From Candidatus Terrybacteria bacterium RIFCSPHIGHO2_01_FULL_43_35 (lineage in GTDB: Bacteria; Patescibacteriota; Minisyncoccia; Terrybacterales; GWB1-40-14), in contig MHSR01000016.1 of the NCBI GenBank assembly GCA_001822815.1, forward strand, positions 1 through 62,913: DNA of 62,913 nucleotides, in the 5' to 3' direction. Position numbers and translations under genes: made by a program. Positions within the stretch are counted from its first letter, which is position 1. Each line of letters starts with the position of its first letter. Shown here one piece after another: positions 36,466 to 44,398 of the stretch. The notes under the pieces were generated by a model. That model was not told where the DNA came from. It made no database searches and saw only the letters and a list, made by a program, of their open reading frames with translations.

Positions 36466-37227
36466 TTAAGCCGTGTTTTTCTTGGTAATTCGCTTTTTTA
36501 ACCCTTGCCACCCAGTTGCAGTACGGAAAACTCTATTTTTAATAACTTCGGTTATTTTTGGCTTGGAAATTACCAATGAATGTGGCTCTTCTACGTCTTT
36601 AAGGACGGTTGTGCCTGCGGCAATAGCCGTTTCTCGGGCCAGCTCAATAGGCGCAACTATATTAGCATTAACTCCGATGAAAGAATCATCACCGACTACG
36701 CTTTTGTTGTGGTTTTGACCATCATAGTTAGCAATTATGGCGCCCGCGGCAAAATTGGTTCCTGCGCCTATTTCTGCGTCCCCAACGTATGCGCAATGCG
36801 ACACTTTAACGTTCTTCCCAAGATACGAAGATTTTATTTCGGCGTGGGCGACATAAGCACCTTCATCAATTACAGAATCTTTTCTTATGTGAGCATAGGG
36901 ACCCACTTGCACATTGTTTTTAAGTTCGGATGAATCTACATAAGCAAATGGTTCTATCTTCACGTTGTCGCCCAGTTTAGATTTTACAATTATGGCGTAA
37001 GGCCCTATGCGTGCGAAACGGCCTATGGTTGTTGAGCCGACAATTATAGTGCCGGGACCTATTATGGTGTCCGGGCCGATATCCGCATTTGGGTCAATGA
37101 TTGTTGAAATGGGGTCTAGAATAATAACTCCTCGACTCAACCATATTTCTCGCATGCGCTCGGCATAAGCCATTCGTTCAAGAAAGCGATAGCCGGTCAG
37201 TCTAGGGAAACTTTCAAGTAAAGACAT
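36466..37227 (-). CDS. stand-alone GlmU-type acetyltransferase (left-handed beta-helix) without the uridyltransferase domain
   Basis: GVIILDP..TIID, VGPYAHIR, SHCAYVGDAEIG, NYDG, FIGVN..IVAP; ATG at 37227. Confidence 0.8.
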   Translation of the reverse strand: MSLLESFPRLTGYRFLERMAYAERMREIWLSRGVIILDPISTIIDPNADIGPDTIIGPGTIIVGSTTIGRFARIGPYAIIVKSKLGDNVKIEPFAYVDSSELKNNVQVGPYAHIRKDSVIDEGAYVAHAEIKSSYLGKNVKVSHCAYVGDAEIGAGTNFAAGAIIANYDGQNHNKSVVGDDSFIGVNANIVAPIELARETAIAAGTTVLKDVEEPHSLVISKPKITEVIKNRVFRTATGWQGLKKRITKKNTA

Positions 37228-37342
37228 TGTTGACACCTTTTTAATGAACCTCGCTCTTGCTCTCGTATTTAACACGAAACGAATGCATATTCAATGTTTT
37301 GGTGTTTCTTGTGTAGGCAGTTTGTGTTATAATAAAAATGTT

Positions 37343-37624
37343 ATGGATATAACCGGATTGTCCCTCATTATTTTTGTGGCCTTTTTGTTTATGTTGGGCG
37401 CGTTTTTATTCCCAGTACTTTTCAGATTAAACCGCATTTTGGGGCGTGTAGATGAGATATCGGCGGATTTGGTTCACCCCATGAAGCATCTAGCTAAAGC
37501 ACTGGCGGTTTTGAAAGAAAGTGCAATTACGGCCGGCATAGCCTATTTCATGAAAAAAGTAAACGAGTTTAAACAAGAAAGCGAAGAAGAAACGCACCAT
37601 TCAAAAATCCATCATAAAGAATAA
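37343..37624 (+). CDS. small membrane protein, DUF948/YoxC-like
   Basis: TM followed by amphipathic helix; upstream of a YtxH-like gene; ATG at 37343. Confidence 0.55.
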   Translation: MDITGLSLIIFVAFLFMLGAFLFPVLFRLNRILGRVDEISADLVHPMKHLAKALAVLKESAITAGIAYFMKKVNEFKQESEEETHHSKIHHKE

Positions 37625-37642
37625 ATTTAAAAGAACAAAAAT

Positions 37643-38029
37643 ATGTCAAACAATTATAAATATCAAAGCGATGCAATGAAAAAAGCAAAGATGGCTGCCG
37701 CAGCTGCAAGTTCGGTGGCTGCTATTGCCGGGGCAGCGGCCGGTTTTGCATCAGTGCTATTTTCGTCTCGCTACGGACGGGAATTGAGATCCGAACTTCG
37801 CTTGACAGCGGACGTTGTGAAAGCCAAGATTGCCGCTGAAGCCGCAATGAAATTACATGAGGCCAAAACCATGTCAAGGCCCATTTGGGATGTAATAGTT
37901 CAGGAGGTCATGGCCGAATATTTAAAGAGCGCAAAGATGGCAGAGCGAGACACTAGAGAAATTGAAAAGGATTTAAACAAGCGCTGGAAGCATATACTTA
38001 AAGTCGCAAAATCAGGTCAGAGCAAATAA
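37643..38029 (+). CDS. YtxH-like protein
   Basis: AIAGAAAGFASVLFSSRYGRELR.EL resembles the YtxH GAAAGLLFAPKSGKETR motif. Confidence 0.6.
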   Translation: MSNNYKYQSDAMKKAKMAAAAASSVAAIAGAAAGFASVLFSSRYGRELRSELRLTADVVKAKIAAEAAMKLHEAKTMSRPIWDVIVQEVMAEYLKSAKMAERDTREIEKDLNKRWKHILKVAKSGQSK

Positions 38030-38062
38030 AGTTCCAGAAGATAATTTGGCCAAAGTAAATTT

Positions 38063-38092
38063 AAAGCCCTTCGTTTAAAGCGAAGGGTTTTT
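38063..38092. terminator. bidirectional terminator between convergent genes
   Basis: AAAGCCCTTCG-TTTAAAG-CGAAGGGTTTTT. Confidence 0.7.
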
Positions 38093-38096
38093 GTAT

Positions 38097-39254
38097 TTAA
38101 CGATCTTTAAGTTGGACGTACGACCTTAAGGGAGAGCCCGTGTAGACATTTAGCGGCCGTATTATCCTGCCGTTTTCATATTCTTCCATACATTGCGCCA
38201 CAAGACCCGGGGTACGCGCCAAGGCAAACATACACGGAAAGAAATCAGGATCTATGCCCAAAGCGCCAAAAAGTGGAGCAGAGTAGAAATCGACATTGCA
38301 CTGCAAGTCTTCCTTGCCGCGCTTGCGGAAAAGAGTTAATGCCTGTTTTTCAACTTCTAAGGCAATATCAAACCACGGCAATCTTTTTTGGTGGCAAATT
38401 TCTTTAGCCAAGGGCTTTAATATTTGAGCACGTGGGTCTTTGGTTTTGTATATGCGGTGGCCAAAACCTGGGATGCGCCATTTTGGATTTTGTTCAAGTT
38501 GAGAAGAAAAATATCCTTCAACCTTTTTTGGATCACGTATTTCCTGCAGCATCCGGAAAACATTTACGTTGGCTCCACCGTGCCTGGGACCCTTTAGCGC
38601 GCCTATGGCTGCACAGATACAAGAAAATATGTCGCTGCCAGTTGAAGCACAGACTCTGGCCGTAAAAGTGCTGGCGTTGTAGCCATGATCGGCATGAAGT
38701 ATTAAGGCGATGTCCAGCGCCCTGACTTCTTCATCAGATGGCACTGTGCCAGTTAACATCCACAAAAAGTTAGCGGCGTGGCCTATTTCTGGGAGAGGTC
38801 CGACCGGCGGTTGATTCCGATGTATGCGATGATAAGCCGCGACTAATGTAGGGTGTTGCGATATCAATGTTATACCGTGGGCGATTAAAGAAAGTTGCGA
38901 CGTGTTGTCTATATTCATTTGCCTTAGCGCTAAATCAGATAAAGCCGTTCGTAAAACATCCATCGGAGTTGCCGGTTCATGGAAAAGCTTTATGTTCCAG
39001 AGCAAGCGTTCGCTTTCTGGTTCAAGTTTGCGCGTTGCGGCGAGTAGAGTTTTCCAGTCGTACAACTCATCTTGACTGGGAAGCTTGCCGCAAAGCAGAA
39101 GATACGACACTTCGTCAAAAGACGAGTATTTTGCAAGCTCTTTGATCGAGTAGCCTCGGTAAAGCAGCTCACCCGCTTGCCCGTCAACAAAGGACACTTG
39201 GGTGGAGCCGGCCACAGTATTGGTCAGGCTATAGTCTGCTTGATGTTCTGACAA
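38097..39254 (-). CDS. citrate synthase / 2-methylcitrate synthase family
   Basis: LLYRGY, ILHADHG.NASTF.AR, GPRHGGAN, GFGHRIYK..DPR, NVDFY, RIIRP. Confidence 0.92.
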   Translation of the reverse strand: MSEHQADYSLTNTVAGSTQVSFVDGQAGELLYRGYSIKELAKYSSFDEVSYLLLCGKLPSQDELYDWKTLLAATRKLEPESERLLWNIKLFHEPATPMDVLRTALSDLALRQMNIDNTSQLSLIAHGITLISQHPTLVAAYHRIHRNQPPVGPLPEIGHAANFLWMLTGTVPSDEEVRALDIALILHADHGYNASTFTARVCASTGSDIFSCICAAIGALKGPRHGGANVNVFRMLQEIRDPKKVEGYFSSQLEQNPKWRIPGFGHRIYKTKDPRAQILKPLAKEICHQKRLPWFDIALEVEKQALTLFRKRGKEDLQCNVDFYSAPLFGALGIDPDFFPCMFALARTPGLVAQCMEEYENGRIIRPLNVYTGSPLRSYVQLKDR

Positions 39255-39383
39255 GTTGAGACCCCTTTTTCAAGGCGCACTTAAGGTGCAATTATTCTAT
39301 ATACGAAATCTAATTTTGTCAATCTGTTTATTGCATTTTGCGGCGCGTGCTATAATGAAGGTACAAGATTAACCCCAAGTTTT

Positions 39384-40184
39384 ATGGAACACGATAATAA
39401 AATTACAGATCCTTTTTTCAGACCAAAATATGTCGTTGCCGGTTCAATTTTCGTTTTTCTGATTGTTTTTTCTATGAATAAATTGATGGATATGTACATA
39501 AGTTTTGCAGAATTTAAGGCGAGTTCACCGGAAAGATCAATAACCATATCTGCCGAAGGTAAGGTAGAGGCGGTTCCTGATATAGCTACAACTAATTTTT
39601 CAGTCGTTAGTGAGGGAAAAGATGCTAAAACCGTACAAAAAAATAATTCAGATAAAATAAATGCTGTTCTTGCCTTCTTGAAAAGTGAGGGCGTAGCAGA
39701 AAAAGATGTCAAGACGACAAATTACGATCTGTATCCCGAATATGATTATAGGAATTACCCTACTCCAAGCGGTTCCGGGCTTCCAAACCCCATAATCGGT
39801 TATAGATTAACTCAAACTTTAACTGTTAAAATACGCGATTTGAATAAAGTCGGTGAAATTCTCGAGGGTGTAGTATCTAGGGGCATTAATCAGACGGGAG
39901 GGGTTTCGTTTGATATAGATGACCCCGATAATCTAAAAGACCAAGCTAGAACCGAAGCCTTCGCCAAGGCAAGAGAGAAAGCTGCGGCGTTAGTTGGTCA
40001 AAGCGGTGCGCATATCGGGCGTATAGTGAATATCATTGAAAGCGATTTTTCGGTACCACCGATACCTTACTACGGCTTGGACGGTCTTGGAGGCGGAGCA
40101 GAAGTAAAGACATCAGCGCCTCAAATACAGCCCGGCACTCAAGAGGTCAGGGTTTCGGTTACCGTGGTCTTTGAACTCTTGTAG
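39384..40184 (+). CDS. SIMPL (DUF541) domain protein
   Basis: ITISAEGKVEAVPDIA, DVKTTNY, A..KA..KA, IQPG..EV.VSVTVVFEL. Confidence 0.9.
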   Translation: MEHDNKITDPFFRPKYVVAGSIFVFLIVFSMNKLMDMYISFAEFKASSPERSITISAEGKVEAVPDIATTNFSVVSEGKDAKTVQKNNSDKINAVLAFLKSEGVAEKDVKTTNYDLYPEYDYRNYPTPSGSGLPNPIIGYRLTQTLTVKIRDLNKVGEILEGVVSRGINQTGGVSFDIDDPDNLKDQARTEAFAKAREKAAALVGQSGAHIGRIVNIIESDFSVPPIPYYGLDGLGGGAEVKTSAPQIQPGTQEVRVSVTVVFELL

Positions 40185-40248
40185 AAGTACTTACAAACGT
40201 ATAGGTCCCCGCCCCCACACCTATACGTAGGTGTGGGGGTTTGTAAAT

Positions 40249-40611
40249 ATGAGAACTTTGATTTTTACAATTTTCCTTTCTTTCATCGCTACCTTTGGCC
40301 TTGCGGCGCTTTTTAGCGGACGCACATTTTATATGTCAGCTTATAGTGTTGCAGATAAGAATGTTTTTAATAGACAAGAAAGCTTTTTTTCTGCAGCGGT
40401 AGGCAGCAATTTGCCAGAAATAGTTTCCTCGTTTTTTGGAACCATTCTAATTATCAGTGGTGGAGAGATCGCTGTGCGCCTGGTTCAAAGGAGAAGACGC
40501 CAGCTCACGAAATTAAATATGCGCAAGATAAAGCGTTTAGCTTCAGTTCACAGCATAGATAAAATAATCCCATCTAAACATCTGCATGCGCGTCTCCCAC
40601 ACAAAACTTGA
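40249..40611 (+). CDS. hypothetical membrane protein
   Basis: Two hydrophobic segments, basic C-terminus; ATG at 40249. Confidence 0.5.
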   Translation: MRTLIFTIFLSFIATFGLAALFSGRTFYMSAYSVADKNVFNRQESFFSAAVGSNLPEIVSSFFGTILIISGGEIAVRLVQRRRRQLTKLNMRKIKRLASVHSIDKIIPSKHLHARLPHKT

Positions 40612-41746
40612 TACTTATAAGCAGTGTCCAAGAAAATATAAATTTTACGTAGATAAAGCGCCTCAAGATCCTTCACGAACCCTGGCACTACGGTTCGGGA
40701 GCGCGGTACACAAGGCGCTTGAATTCGCTTACGCCAAGCGCTACAAATATCCACCGCAGGAGCGCGTTATAGAATATTACAAAGGTTTAATGCGTCAGGA
40801 AACAGATCCCGAAGTTCTGAAACTTTTTGAGAAGGGTATTGCGGCGCTAAAAAATTATCTCGGCAAAAACGAAGCCGCGCATATGAGTATAGTTGAGATA
40901 GAAAAGAAATTTCTGATAGAACTTGGGAACGGTCACGAGATAGAGGGAATTATAGATCGTCTGGATATGCTGCCGGATGGCTCCTTTGAAATAATAGATT
41001 ATAAAACCGGCCAGATACCCGACGCTGAAAAATTGGGAGAAAATTGGCAATTGGCTATTTATCAGTTTGCTAAGCAGCGCAAACTTCAAACCAATCGCAT
41101 AAAAGCCAGCTTAGTTTATATAATGTTTGACGGCCACAAATTGACGTACCAATTCGGCAAAGATGAACTTGAACGCGTACGCACCGAAATATTATCTTTG
41201 GTCGCCAAGATAGAAGCCGATACCGTATTTGCTCCAAAAACAAGTGCTTGGTGCAATACATGCGCCTATCAGCCAATTTGCCCGGCTTGGGTTCATAAAT
41301 ATAACGTTAAGGATCAAGTTCTCGTAGGCAAAATTAAAGACAAGGACATGATAGATATCCAAAGCAAGATTGATCGTCTGCTTACCGTGACAGCCGTAAT
41401 AAAAAAATTGGACGATGAGACCCAACAATTAAAAGAAATAATTGCTATTTTTGGGAAAGAAAATAATATGACGCGACTTTTTTCCGATTTGGGTACGGTT
41501 TCTATCTCTTTCCAGAAAAAACGCGCTTATGATGCCGCAAAATTGGCCGAGGTTTTACGCGAGAACCTATTACGTAAAATCGTCAAAACCATTGATACTA
41601 AAAAACTGGAAAAAGCTATGCCTTACCTTACGGAAGAAGAACGACAGCAAATAGCGGCTTTTACAAAAGAAAAAGAATCAAGTTCTGTCATGGTAAGACC
41701 GGCAATTGAAGAAAGAGAAGATATCGATGACCTGATAAGCACGTAA
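40586..41746 (+). CDS. PD-(D/E)XK nuclease (RecB/AddB/Cas4-like) with Fe-S Cys pattern and C-terminal extension
   Basis: YKQCP, GIIDRLD, IIDYKTG, QLAIY, WCNTCAYQPICP. Confidence 0.88.
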   Translation: MRVSHTKLDTYKQCPRKYKFYVDKAPQDPSRTLALRFGSAVHKALEFAYAKRYKYPPQERVIEYYKGLMRQETDPEVLKLFEKGIAALKNYLGKNEAAHMSIVEIEKKFLIELGNGHEIEGIIDRLDMLPDGSFEIIDYKTGQIPDAEKLGENWQLAIYQFAKQRKLQTNRIKASLVYIMFDGHKLTYQFGKDELERVRTEILSLVAKIEADTVFAPKTSAWCNTCAYQPICPAWVHKYNVKDQVLVGKIKDKDMIDIQSKIDRLLTVTAVIKKLDDETQQLKEIIAIFGKENNMTRLFSDLGTVSISFQKKRAYDAAKLAEVLRENLLRKIVKTIDTKKLEKAMPYLTEEERQQIAAFTKEKESSSVMVRPAIEEREDIDDLIST

Positions 41747-41757
41747 AAAGCCGATAT

Positions 41758-42420
41758 ATGGTTCATAAGAAAACAATTTATCGGTTTATTTCTTTTTTTG
41801 TAGTTTTAGCGCTTTTTGTTGCCGCTATACTATGGTTGCGCTCCGAAAATATCCGTAAGCAGAAAGAATTTGAAGCACTCATTTTGGGTTCAAAACCGAA
41901 TGTAAATCAAGAACAAGCCGTTAAAATACATGCACTGGCTTTGAAGTATGAGGACGCATCCACATTACTTTTTGATTATGCCGATCAACCCCTTTTAACT
42001 ATCGAGGGGATGAGTAATAGTTTTGATGGCAATTACGAATCTTTGGCATCTATAAAAAGCACATGGCAAAATATATTTACCCGCGGAGACTTTAAGAAAG
42101 TGACATTGGGCGATGTTAAGAAAAATGATTCAGGCGTGGTCATTGTGAATTTAGAAAATTTTGACATGGTAATTGGTGGAAGCAGAGTCGACAATCTTAT
42201 GCTGGCAACAGATGTTGACGTAAACGGTAAAATTAAGAAAGATATTTTGACGGCTTCTTTAAAACCACTGCCTCAACCTCCGTCTGAAGCAATTGGCGGC
42301 GACACAAGTTGCGCCCCGCAAGGCATATGTATTAACGGTGAATTATGCCCACGGGGCATGGTTTGCAGCGGTCTACCAAATTACAAGTGTTATCCGGTAG
42401 GTTGTCCTTATCCTATTTGA
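41758..42420 (+). CDS. hypothetical membrane-anchored protein with Cys-rich C-terminus
   Basis: N-terminal TM; six Cys in the last ~40 aa. Confidence 0.65.
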   Translation: MVHKKTIYRFISFFVVLALFVAAILWLRSENIRKQKEFEALILGSKPNVNQEQAVKIHALALKYEDASTLLFDYADQPLLTIEGMSNSFDGNYESLASIKSTWQNIFTRGDFKKVTLGDVKKNDSGVVIVNLENFDMVIGGSRVDNLMLATDVDVNGKIKKDILTASLKPLPQPPSEAIGGDTSCAPQGICINGELCPRGMVCSGLPNYKCYPVGCPYPI

Positions 42421-42460
42421 TTATATAAATAGAGGAAACTTTTTTGAGATTTTTTAAATT

Positions 42461-43804
42461 TCACTCAAACAGCATAGCCTTTTTGTGCAATTTGCTATGG
42501 TATGATTTAGCGAAACGATGCGATTCATCGCGCACGCACATAAACATTAACAGTACGGAATTATTTTTGTTTAGCGCATAGGGCTTCTTTACCGTGGTTA
42601 AGTACAGTTCTTCATTGCGCTTTGCTAACCCGATAATAATAGGTAGTTTTTGCTTGCCCCGCGGAGCTTCGATGTCTGTCGAAGCGAAGTGGGACCATTC
42701 AAACAGAGCATTATTTACAGCGTTTATCTGTGGCCGCCCGCCGTCAATCAAGAAAATATCCGGGAGAGGCCATTCTTTATAGTGGTTTAAACGGCGGCCT
42801 ATTATCTCACGCATCATAGCGACATCATTTGCGCCTTTAACTGTTTTTATACGGAATTTTTTGTACAAATTCTTTAGCGGTTTTGAACCCGCAAAAGAAA
42901 CCAAAGAACCAGTTGCTTCTTGTCCCTGTATATTTGAGATGTCATAACCTTCAATACGCCATTCCCTAGGATCTTTTCTGGGTAGATATTTGAGAAGACC
43001 CTCTGGCAAGTCATAAAGAGAATGTTGTTTGAAGTTAACATATTGTTCTTGATTCAATACGTTTTGGTGGGCGTATATGTTTTTTAATGCAGTCATTTGA
43101 TCGCGTAATTTTGTCGCACCCTCAAAATTTTCTTCTTTAGCTAATTTTGTCATTTCTTTTTCCAAGCGACGGACAAGATTCTTATTATTACCGCGTAAAA
43201 TATCCCTTATTGCTTCTATATTTTTACGGCAAGCGGCCGCTTCTTCTGAAGTGGAATTTGCACTTAACGGACAAAGGCCCAAGGCATACCAGAGACAGTT
43301 TTTAGGCAATCCTTTGTGCGTGCAGTAGGGGAATATATGCCTTAACATTTTTAAGGTGGATTTTATTGTATGGCCTTCGGTAAACGGCCCTATATACTCG
43401 ATGGAATTTTGAATTTGGCCTGCTCGCCCGGGAAATTTAGAATTTGGATTCTGTGGTTGATGAGTTAAAAAAACACGCGGACATTCTTCTTTGGTAAATC
43501 CGACATAAAAATATTGTTTGTCGTCACGCAGAGCCACATTGAACTGCGGTTTGTGTTTTTTAATCAGTAGTGATTCAAGAACTAAGGCTTCTATTGACGA
43601 AGATGTGCGCCGCCAAGTTATTTTGTTAGCAATCTGAATCATTGATGTTTTGCGGCTATCGATATTGCTTTTATTGAAGTAAGAACTCAAGCGGCTTTTT
43701 AGATTAGCGGCCTTGCCCACATAAATTATTTTGTTTTTCTGCCAAAAGAAATAAACGCCGGAAGTTGTAGGCGTCTTATTTATTTTTTTGGGAGCCATTG
43801 ACAT
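42461..43804 (-). CDS. uvrC: excinuclease ABC subunit C (no C-terminal HhH domain)
   Basis: GIY-YIG (GVYFF, IYVGKA.NL..R), RIEGYDISN, LIDGG..Q, GLAK, RDESHRFA. Confidence 0.92.
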   Translation of the reverse strand: MSMAPKKINKTPTTSGVYFFWQKNKIIYVGKAANLKSRLSSYFNKSNIDSRKTSMIQIANKITWRRTSSSIEALVLESLLIKKHKPQFNVALRDDKQYFYVGFTKEECPRVFLTHQPQNPNSKFPGRAGQIQNSIEYIGPFTEGHTIKSTLKMLRHIFPYCTHKGLPKNCLWYALGLCPLSANSTSEEAAACRKNIEAIRDILRGNNKNLVRRLEKEMTKLAKEENFEGATKLRDQMTALKNIYAHQNVLNQEQYVNFKQHSLYDLPEGLLKYLPRKDPREWRIEGYDISNIQGQEATGSLVSFAGSKPLKNLYKKFRIKTVKGANDVAMMREIIGRRLNHYKEWPLPDIFLIDGGRPQINAVNNALFEWSHFASTDIEAPRGKQKLPIIIGLAKRNEELYLTTVKKPYALNKNNSVLLMFMCVRDESHRFAKSYHSKLHKKAMLFE

Positions 43805-43863
43805 ATTCTAATATTTAATATATACTATAAGTGATCGAACTTTTACAATAGAGAGGTACAAAC

Positions 43864-44058
43864 GTGGCTATAAGGATAATGTCAGGCCTTTTTTGCGGCC
43901 TTTCATCGGGTTATGCGATAAGTACCATCATTGCCGGCATTTTAGGTGTTCCAGCCAACAAGTTATGGCTGCAAAACGCAGAGGCTTTCATTATTTTAGC
44001 TATAATCGGCAGCGCTTTGCTTATTTGCGGTGTAATTTCAGAGAAACTCTCGCGATAA
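43864..44058 (+). CDS. small membrane protein
   Basis: 64 aa, two TMs, GAGAGG upstream of the GTG start. Confidence 0.45.
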   Translation: MAIRIMSGLFCGLSSGYAISTIIAGILGVPANKLWLQNAEAFIILAIIGSALLICGVISEKLSR

Positions 44059-44221
44059 AAGAATTAAGCACAAGGCAAGAATAATAGAACCATTTTTAGT
44101 TGAGCGGCGTCACCCACGCCGTTTTTTCGTGTACTCTTCATCGAATCACCAAAAGAGTACCGATGGTTTACCAGTTTCCCATAAAAACTGACTTTTTCTT
44201 TTATTCTACATTTTTTATCTT

Positions 44222-44276
44222 GTCCAGCACCAGAGCCAGGCACTTCGACGGGCTCAGCGCTGGCACGGTGCTGGAC
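44222..44276. repeat. palindromic element with CTTCGAC..GCTCAG core
   Basis: GTCCAGCACC/GGTGCTGGAC and GCCAG/CTGGC stems around CT-TC-G...C-TC-AG. Confidence 0.7.
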
Positions 44277-44398
44277 TGCGCCAAATTATAGAGGAGAGTA
44301 TTTATCAGACCAGAGCTTTATAGTCGCAAATGGGCGTTTTTCTTGTTTTCGTCTTTGGCTTGCTTATAGCACCAAAAATATATATAATAAATAGTTTT

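Noticed and set aside
40586-41746. cas4 indicating a CRISPR locus
   Set aside because: No cas1/cas2 or array in the window; solo PD-(D/E)XK nucleases are common.
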